DNA of 64,000 nucleotides from a virus (Duplodnaviria; Caudoviricetes): IMG/VR virus record IMGVR_UViG_3300035208_003134, positions 33,891 to 97,890 of that record; one strand, 5' to 3'. Shown piece by piece: positions 57,333 to 64,000 of this stretch (position 1 is its first letter; each line of letters starts with the position of its first letter). The notes under the pieces were generated by a model. It saw only the letters and a program-made list of their open reading frames with translations, ran no database searches and was not told where the DNA came from. The position numbers and the translations under genes were made by a program.

Positions 57333-58046
57333 ATGAAGACAGAGACGTTGATTATAGGAAACGGAGAAGTTGGTTCGGCTTTGCAGGCTGTTCTTTCTAA
57401 AGGTCACGCTCCAATTTTTATGAAAGACCTGCACGATTTGAAATTGCAGGACATTGGATGGATGCATATTTGTTTCCCATACAACAAAGATTTTATTAGG
57501 GCTACTAAAGATTACATTACGAAGTATAAGCCACTCTATACGATTATTCACTCCACAGTTCCGGTTGGTACTACAAGTAGATTAAGACGGGACTTGGGGG
57601 TTAACATATGGCACTCTCCTATTAGGGGCGTGCATCCCAATATCGCTCAAGGCATTTTAACCTTCCCAAAGTATATAGGTGGGGAGTATAACAGCGAAGT
57701 TGCGGAGTACTTTAAAGCCTGTGGAATACACGTAATTTACGCAAGTTGTTCGGAGAATACTGAATTGGCTAAACTCTTAGACACAACCTATTATGGTTGG
57801 AATATAGTCTTCTGCAAGGAAGTGGAGAAGATGTGCAAGAAATACGGCGCAGACTTTTCAATGGTCTATCATTCTTTCAACACTACTTATAATGAGGGTT
57901 ACGCCAAGTTAGGTATGCCAAATGTGGTAAGACCGATTTTGTTTCCAAACCCTGGCAAGATAGGCGGCCACTGCGTAATCCCAAATTGCAAGTTGTTGAA
58001 GGAAAAGGTAGCTAAGATAATTTTGAAGTTTAATAAGAAGTACTAA
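57333..58046 (+). CDS. UDP-glucose/GDP-mannose dehydrogenase family protein (short form)
   Basis: IIGNGEVG, HSTVPVGT, ELAKL, IGGHCV. Confidence 0.8.
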   Translation: MKTETLIIGNGEVGSALQAVLSKGHAPIFMKDLHDLKLQDIGWMHICFPYNKDFIRATKDYITKYKPLYTIIHSTVPVGTTSRLRRDLGVNIWHSPIRGVHPNIAQGILTFPKYIGGEYNSEVAEYFKACGIHVIYASCSENTELAKLLDTTYYGWNIVFCKEVEKMCKKYGADFSMVYHSFNTTYNEGYAKLGMPNVVRPILFPNPGKIGGHCVIPNCKLLKEKVAKIILKFNKKY

Positions 58047-58064
58047 GACAAGGAGAAGACGAAG

Positions 58065-60947
58065 ATGGCTAAGTGTCAATTTTGCAACGTTGATGTTCCG
58101 GATTGGGATAAGAAAACTATGTCGCATTTGGTAATTACTAAAGATGCGATGGATGGCAGTTTTCACACGCACGGTCCGATAGAGAGCCCTGGAGCAGTCA
58201 AAGAGCTGATTAATGCGGCCAGAGAGGTTGTAGATTTGTCAAAAGAGGATAACAAGTTTACATTTAAAGAGATAATCTTTCATAATCGCCAAAGGATTGG
58301 CGATATGATTATGTTTACCTGTGCAGTGAGAGATTTCAAGAAAGCTTACCCTGATGTTAAGGTAGGCGTGATTTCTACTGCTATGCATATTTGGGATTAC
58401 AGCCCATATGTTGACCGGAAATTGGTAGCTTACTATAAAAACGGCAAGACTTTGGAGACTATTACGCCGCAGGATTTCCTGAACGGAAACACCAATGTCC
58501 TGAAAATTGGTCCAGGGTGGATGACCAATGCTTCAAACCGGATTGACTGGCACTTTGCCAATGCCTACAGAATGTCTATTGAGAATGCTTTAGGCATTCA
58601 CATTCCACAGGGCGAGAGCCGTGGTGATGTTTGGATGACCGAAAAGGAATATAATGCTCCGAGGGTCTTTGAACAGCCGTACTGGTTAATAGTGACGAGC
58701 GGCGAAAAAGGTTGGGGCTGCAAGATGTACCCAGATGAAAAATGGCAGGCTTTTGTTGACCAAAATCCAGATGTCACGTTTGTCCAGCTGGGTGCGGCCG
58801 GAGATAACCCTACAAGGCTTAAGGGCAAGAATGTCATTGATTATGTGGGCAAGACTGAAGACCGGAACACTGGGCTTCGGGATTTGGTTAAGCTCTTTAT
58901 AAACGCCGAGGGCTCAATTAGCTTAGTGAGCTTTGCTATGCACTTGTCCGGAGCTCTTTACAAACCGGCGATTGTAGTTGCCGGAGCGCGTGAGCCGGTG
59001 TCCTTTACTCAATATGCAGGGCATAGGTACTTGGCTACGGATGGTTGCTTACCCTGCGGAATTACTGCCTGTTGGCATTGCGATATTAAGGCTTGTACAG
59101 CATTAAATAGCAAGAACCAACCAATGTGCGTTGATATGATTACGCCCGAAGATTTGACAAGGGCTTTGAGGTCTTACTATATTGGGGGCAGGCTTAAGAT
59201 AGGTGTGCCTTCCGAAAAGCCAAAGCAGTTCAAAAATATAGTTAAGACCCCAGAAGAGGTTCCGGTCCCGGTGCTGGTTAATGTTGACATCACTAAGTTT
59301 GGTATGGAGTGGGGTGGTGGTTGCATAACCAAAGAGGATTGGGATTTCATTCAGCAAGTAATTAAAGATAATAATGTCAAGACAGTCTTGGAGTTTGGGA
59401 CTGGCTTGTCAACTTTGCTTATGGCTGATTTAGGTGTGAAGGTTATCACCTATGAAACGATGGAAGGTTGGATAGAGAAAATCCGCGGTTTGAACCCTAA
59501 AGTTGATATCCGGCTCTGGAAGGGTGAGTCTTTGAATGATGTTACTAAGGACGGCGACCCTGCTAAGTTTGATATGGCTTTTGTGGATGGTCCGGCGGGT
59601 GGGAGGTCCAGGGAATTTTCAACCAAGATTGCCTCGGAGTTGTCCGACTTGATTGTTGTCCACGATGCGAGCAGACCAAACGAAATGAAATGGCAGGAGA
59701 AGTATCTTAAGGAAGGGTTTATTGGTCCTGGCGGTGGCGGAAGAAGATGCCATATATGGTCTAAGAGCCCTAAAGTTAATATGACCTTGAGGACGGGGTC
59801 TCCCTTGTATATTCAGAAAGAGGGAGAGAACCAAGGGAAACCGGTCGTCTCGCAAGAAGAGCCCATTGTAGAAGCCCCCAAGACCTGCAGGGCTCCTCAG
59901 GCACCGGCGTGTAGCCGGACGGTCGGGGTAGGCAAGAAATACATTAAGTTTGTTTCAACTGCCAGAGGTTGGGGCGGCTGTGCGCGGTCAATAACCACGC
60001 TTATGAAATTCCTGCTCAAGGAAAGGCATAAGGTTGAGTTTATTCCTTTCAGAAATCAGGTTGGGAGCTCCGAGTTTAAGCAATACATTAAGGACTTCCT
60101 GCCAAACTTGATTGTTACCGAGACTTACAACAGCCTTAAAGAGTCTTGCGATGTCTTGTTTATGTATGGGGACGACTACATTTGGGAGTTTGGGACTCCG
60201 GATATGGTAGAGACTTTCTCCAACTTAAATGCAGACCGCAAGATTATGATGTTGAATTACCGGCGCGGTAAGGTTGGTGAAATTCCGTGGACGAGGGATT
60301 GGGACTTGTACTGCTTCCTGAATTCAACTCAAGAGCGTGAATTACTTAAAGTACACCCTAATGTGAAAACCAAGGTATTACCACCCTGTACAGAATTAGG
60401 AGATTTCTTTAAGATAAACCCAAATTACAATACTAACCTTCGTATTGTTAGAGTAAGTTCACAGGGGGATACGAAGTTTGATAAAGACAGCTTCCCTAAA
60501 GAGGTAGATGGAATACTTGAGGGAAGAAAAGATGCCACAATCACACTTTTGCCTGGACCAAGTTTTATTTCGCCAAATGAGAGATTTCAGAAAGTTCCAC
60601 GCACCGCTTCTGCTCTTGAAATAGCGAAGTTTTTGGGTACAGGTAATTTGTTTTGGTATTCTCTACCGAACATAGGTGGCAATAAATATATGGATATGGG
60701 TCCAAGAGTTGTCTTGGAAGCGATGGCTTGTGGGCTTCCTATCCTTGCAGATAATTGGGGTGGGGTAACAGATAGAGTTACTGAAGAGTGCGGTTGGTTA
60801 TGCAATACTAAAGAGGAACACCTAATAGTGGCTAAAGAGGTTACTCCTGAATTGCTTGAAGAAAAGGGTAAGGCTGCTAAACAGAGAGCTTATGAGGAAT
60901 TCAGACCAGAAGCTTGGGTGGAACTCATTGTTGGGGATAAAGGTTAA
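58065..60947 (+). CDS. Multidomain glycosyltransferase: GT9 (heptosyltransferase-like) + class I SAM methyltransferase + GT4-like
   Basis: RIGDMI, K.YP..W, MHLSGAL.KP (GT9); LEFGTGLST, FVDGP, VHD (MTase); GGCARS, GPRVVLEAMACGLPI (GT4). Confidence 0.85.
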   Translation: MAKCQFCNVDVPDWDKKTMSHLVITKDAMDGSFHTHGPIESPGAVKELINAAREVVDLSKEDNKFTFKEIIFHNRQRIGDMIMFTCAVRDFKKAYPDVKVGVISTAMHIWDYSPYVDRKLVAYYKNGKTLETITPQDFLNGNTNVLKIGPGWMTNASNRIDWHFANAYRMSIENALGIHIPQGESRGDVWMTEKEYNAPRVFEQPYWLIVTSGEKGWGCKMYPDEKWQAFVDQNPDVTFVQLGAAGDNPTRLKGKNVIDYVGKTEDRNTGLRDLVKLFINAEGSISLVSFAMHLSGALYKPAIVVAGAREPVSFTQYAGHRYLATDGCLPCGITACWHCDIKACTALNSKNQPMCVDMITPEDLTRALRSYYIGGRLKIGVPSEKPKQFKNIVKTPEEVPVPVLVNVDITKFGMEWGGGCITKEDWDFIQQVIKDNNVKTVLEFGTGLSTLLMADLGVKVITYETMEGWIEKIRGLNPKVDIRLWKGESLNDVTKDGDPAKFDMAFVDGPAGGRSREFSTKIASELSDLIVVHDASRPNEMKWQEKYLKEGFIGPGGGGRRCHIWSKSPKVNMTLRTGSPLYIQKEGENQGKPVVSQEEPIVEAPKTCRAPQAPACSRTVGVGKKYIKFVSTARGWGGCARSITTLMKFLLKERHKVEFIPFRNQVGSSEFKQYIKDFLPNLIVTETYNSLKESCDVLFMYGDDYIWEFGTPDMVETFSNLNADRKIMMLNYRRGKVGEIPWTRDWDLYCFLNSTQERELLKVHPNVKTKVLPPCTELGDFFKINPNYNTNLRIVRVSSQGDTKFDKDSFPKEVDGILEGRKDATITLLPGPSFISPNERFQKVPRTASALEIAKFLGTGNLFWYSLPNIGGNKYMDMGPRVVLEAMACGLPILADNWGGVTDRVTEECGWLCNTKEEHLIVAKEVTPELLEEKGKAAKQRAYEEFRPEAWVELIVGDKG

Positions 60948-60948
60948 T

Positions 60949-61290
60949 ATGAGTAAAAAACCAAATCCAGAGTATTTTAAGAAATATTACGAGGATAAAT
61001 ACAAAAACAACGAGCAATACAAGCGAGACCATACTAACAAGCGCTTGTTGAGGGTTTACGGCGTTACTTTAGAACAACTTGAGCAGATGCAAGTTGCTCA
61101 AGATAATAAGTGTGCTATTTGTGGTAACACATTTCAAAAATCCCCATTACCTTGCATAGACCATAACCACACTACTGGTAAGTTGAGAGGATTGTTATGC
61201 TACGATTGTAATAGAGGGTTGGGAGTGTTTAAGGACAACATAAAGATATGCGAGTCTGCAGTAGCATATTTAAAGAAATGGACACAATAA
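60949..61290 (+). CDS. Endonuclease VII-family (His-Me) nuclease, probable free-standing homing endonuclease
   Basis: YG.T.......Q...CAIC...IDH.H.TG..RGLLC..CN.GLG. Confidence 0.9.
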   Translation: MSKKPNPEYFKKYYEDKYKNNEQYKRDHTNKRLLRVYGVTLEQLEQMQVAQDNKCAICGNTFQKSPLPCIDHNHTTGKLRGLLCYDCNRGLGVFKDNIKICESAVAYLKKWTQ

Positions 61291-61307
61291 GAAAGGAAGA
61301 TAGTAGA

Positions 61308-62306
61308 ATGAAGACAAGGATAATGATAACTGGCGGCTGTGGTTTTATTGGTTCGCACGTTGTTGAGCACCTCTTAGTCAATACGGACTGGGAAATTGTG
61401 ATTTTGGATAAGCTGACTTACGCATCCAGTGGGTTTGACCGGCTCCGGGACCTGAACTGCTTCAATGTTTCCAGAGTCTTGCCCTTACAGCACGATTTCA
61501 CCCAACCCTTCCCAAAAGGGATAGAAAAGGAGATAGGACAACTTGATTACATTATCCATATGGGAGCTGAAACGCACGTTGACAGGTCTCTTCAAGACGC
61601 GCTTCCGTTTGCTATTTCCAATGTTACGGGCACTACCAATATATTGGAATGGGTCAAGAAGAGTCAAAAGAACCTTAAAAGGTACGTTCAATTCTCAACC
61701 GACGAGGTCTATGGGGCAGCTCCGGACGGGGTGTTCTACAACGAGTGGGACACAATGCGACCGTCCAACCCTTACGCCGCGAGCAAAGCAGGCGCTGATA
61801 TGATGGCGTTTGCCTTCTATCACGCTTTCAAAGTTCCGGTTACAATAACTCGGACTATGAACTGCGTGGGTGAGAGGCAGGATGTTGAAAAGTTTGTACC
61901 TAAGACTATTCGTGCGATAGTCAACGATGAAAAGGTCTTGCTCCACGGAATAAGTGCTTCAGACATTTCAAGCCGGTGTTGGCTTCACGCGCGCAATGCG
62001 GCCGATGCCTTGCTTTTTCTATTACAGAAAGATACGATTGGTGATATGTTCCATATTGTAGGCGAGGAGATGAGCGTCTTGCAGGTTGCGGACATAATCT
62101 GTCAAGAGATAAAGGGGAGAGACTTAAGGGAAAGTGAAATTAACTTTGTTGATTTCCATACTGCAAGACCTGGGCACGATAAGAGGTACGCTATGAGTGG
62201 AGCAAAGCTCCGGAATTTCGGTTGGAAGCCCAAAGTATCACTTGAACAATCGCTCCGGAAGACGGTGCAATGGAGCTTAGAACATAAGGAGTGGCTTGAA
62301 CTATGA
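61308..62306 (+). CDS. rfbB: dTDP-glucose 4,6-dehydratase-like NAD-dependent epimerase/dehydratase
   Basis: TGGCGFIG, DKLTYA, AETHVDRS, STDEVYG, PYAASK, RPGHD.RY. Confidence 0.9.
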   Translation: MKTRIMITGGCGFIGSHVVEHLLVNTDWEIVILDKLTYASSGFDRLRDLNCFNVSRVLPLQHDFTQPFPKGIEKEIGQLDYIIHMGAETHVDRSLQDALPFAISNVTGTTNILEWVKKSQKNLKRYVQFSTDEVYGAAPDGVFYNEWDTMRPSNPYAASKAGADMMAFAFYHAFKVPVTITRTMNCVGERQDVEKFVPKTIRAIVNDEKVLLHGISASDISSRCWLHARNAADALLFLLQKDTIGDMFHIVGEEMSVLQVADIICQEIKGRDLRESEINFVDFHTARPGHDKRYAMSGAKLRNFGWKPKVSLEQSLRKTVQWSLEHKEWLEL

Positions 62307-62935
62307 TAGACCAAAATGAAGCAGTAAAGTTTGTTCACTCGCGTTCTTGGTATCAGACTATTGATTTTGGTGACGGCTTGATATCTAAAGGTTGCGACTG
62401 GTGTGGTGAAATGGCTTGGGACGTTATGAAGAAATTCTTACCACCCTCTATGGAAGGAATGCGAGTCCTTGACTTGGGCTGTAATGCCGGTCTGTTCTGT
62501 GTAAAGTCTGCCCTTTTAGGCGCTAAAGAGGCTATTGGAATAGACTGGAGTGGTTGGCGTCCGAAGTGGGACTTTGAGGAGCAGCGCGAGTTTGTGAAAA
62601 ATTATTTTGAGGGTAAGTCCGGCAAGAAGCTACCGATAACTTACATCTCCGGTAAAATGGAAGAAGTCCTGCAGACCCAAAATTTAGGCGAGTTTGATTA
62701 TGTATTTGCAATAGCTTCCATTTATTATTCGGCATTGCCAGGTGAGACAGTTCAGGCTATCTCTAAGATTGCTAAGAATGTCATACTCCGGCTTAGGGAT
62801 GACAATAGGATAGCTTTGTTTACCGGCTTGTTTAAACAATACGGGTACAAACAAGTAGAAGTAATTCGGGAGAAGTGTTGGGAGAAATTAGGGGGAGAGA
62901 CCGACGACTTCTATATGTACCTTTATAGTAGATGA
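62303..62935 (+). CDS. Class I SAM-dependent methyltransferase (CmoB/DUF1698-like)
   Basis: WYQTID; RVLDLGCNAG; FDYV. Confidence 0.8.
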   Translation: MIDQNEAVKFVHSRSWYQTIDFGDGLISKGCDWCGEMAWDVMKKFLPPSMEGMRVLDLGCNAGLFCVKSALLGAKEAIGIDWSGWRPKWDFEEQREFVKNYFEGKSGKKLPITYISGKMEEVLQTQNLGEFDYVFAIASIYYSALPGETVQAISKIAKNVILRLRDDNRIALFTGLFKQYGYKQVEVIREKCWEKLGGETDDFYMYLYSR

Positions 62936-63414
62936 GGGGTGCTTTCCCTCACGACGTGTTCTATTACAGGATAGTTGAACACCACCGGTTTTTGACCGGA
63001 AATGAAGTTCCTGTAAATGTAAAACAGCTCTATAAGATAGTTGGGACTGAACGCAAGCCGGACAAGTGGGGCACAATGTTGTGCGATAAGTGCGTGACTC
63101 ACATTAGGCTTGGCGATATCCTTGGTATTGGAGGCAGAGCTGCGAAGATAACGGATGAAATGAAGAAGCGGTATCCTTGGGATGCCCTTGTTGCGTCAAT
63201 AATAAAAGAAGGCATAAAAGTTCCGGTCGTACTGGAGAGGTACTTCATAAAAGGCAAGAACTGGTACAAGCCGGTAGAAGGTAAGCACAGAGTTACTGCT
63301 TGTTCGTTGATAGAGCCGTTTAGTAACGAAGTACTGATACCGGCAATACTTGTAGATAGAGATAATGTCTTTTCAGATTATATGTCTGATGAGGCAAAAC
63401 ATCCAGGGTGGTAG
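62932..63414 (+). CDS. ParB/Srx-like domain protein
   Basis: LVASI.KEGIK.PV...VEGKHRV. Confidence 0.6.
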   Translation: MRGAFPHDVFYYRIVEHHRFLTGNEVPVNVKQLYKIVGTERKPDKWGTMLCDKCVTHIRLGDILGIGGRAAKITDEMKKRYPWDALVASIIKEGIKVPVVLERYFIKGKNWYKPVEGKHRVTACSLIEPFSNEVLIPAILVDRDNVFSDYMSDEAKHPGW

Positions 63415-63984
63415 ATGAAGAGCTCATACATTGAAAACAACTACGGTGAAATTTTTTACCAACTGGCAAAGGCTTATCCACCTGCAATAGCAGTTGAGTT
63501 AGGTGTGCTTGATGGTTATAGCCTGCTCCACATTGCCAGAGCTATTAAAGTAAACAGGCAAGGGCATATAGACGCCTATGACCTGTTTGAGGATTACGAG
63601 TTCAACCACGGCGTCCAAGCTGAAGTTCAGGCTCTGTTAGACAAAGAAGGCTTAGGCGAGGTTGCTACCCTGTACAAAGGTGATGCTTATGAAGCGTATA
63701 AGAAATATGCCGATAACTCGGTGCATTTGCTACATATTGACATCTCCAACACCGGCGAGACAGTACGCAAGGTGATGGAACAGTGGGACTCTAAGATGGT
63801 TTATGGCGGCCTCATAATTTTTGAGGGTGGCTCTGAAGAGCGCGACAACATTGAATGGATGGTCAAATATAAAAAAGAGCCAATGAAGTCAGAGATTGAG
63901 ACTAATAAAATTGTCAATAGCAAGTACATTTATGGCACTTACCTTAAATACCCAAGCTTGACTGTTATGATGAGGAGTGGGTAG
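63415..63984 (+). CDS. Class I SAM-dependent methyltransferase (Methyltransf_24-like)
   Basis: VELGV.DGYS, AYDLF, LLHID. Confidence 0.75.
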   Translation: MKSSYIENNYGEIFYQLAKAYPPAIAVELGVLDGYSLLHIARAIKVNRQGHIDAYDLFEDYEFNHGVQAEVQALLDKEGLGEVATLYKGDAYEAYKKYADNSVHLLHIDISNTGETVRKVMEQWDSKMVYGGLIIFEGGSEERDNIEWMVKYKKEPMKSEIETNKIVNSKYIYGTYLKYPSLTVMMRSG

Positions 63985-64000
63985 AGATGTTTAATGCTGA

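Noticed and set aside
1-64000. Stop-codon reassignment
   Set aside because: Long conserved genes are intact in the standard code, and TAA, TAG and TGA all end well-bounded genes.
1-64000. Minus-strand ORFs in the track, and tRNA genes
   Set aside because: The minus ORFs overlap well-supported + genes and have no recognisable motifs. No tRNA cloverleaf was recognised by eye (tRNAscan was not run).

Overview
This window is a 64-kb segment of a large tailed dsDNA phage (Caudoviricetes). Essentially all real genes lie on the + strand and read in the standard genetic code. Layout: (i) 1-21.8 kb, replication, recombination and nucleotide metabolism (gp32-like SSB, primase, SF2 helicase, DnaB, UDG-fused PolA, a PurZ/PurZ0-like synthetase, class II RNR, UvsY/RecA, GuaB3-type IMPDH, DUF5664 dNTP diphosphohydrolase, fused SbcD-SbcC); (ii) 21.8-35.5 kb, many small accessory ORFs (3D domain, Imm, Fic, LacI-HTH, a C5 methyltransferase with an overprinted second ORF, HAD, RyR); (iii) a sigma-like factor and an AT-rich inverted-repeat region; (iv) 36.6-55.6 kb, packaging and head genes (TerL, portal, MuF-metallopeptidase, protease/scaffold, capsid) interleaved with small proteins that share two N-terminal leader motifs, an encapsulin-type ferritin and a ~80% serine protein; (v) 56-64 kb, nucleotide-sugar, glycosyltransferase and methyltransferase genes. 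The strongest candidates for novel biology are: a leader-peptide system that may address diverse cargo proteins to the head; a poly-Ser protein with a neighbouring glycan cluster (possible virion glycan coat); and a PurZ0-like + GuaB3 + DUF5664 purine pathway in a genome that still appears to avoid GATC, CTAG, TCGA and CATG. All calls come from motif recognition by eye; no database searches were run.
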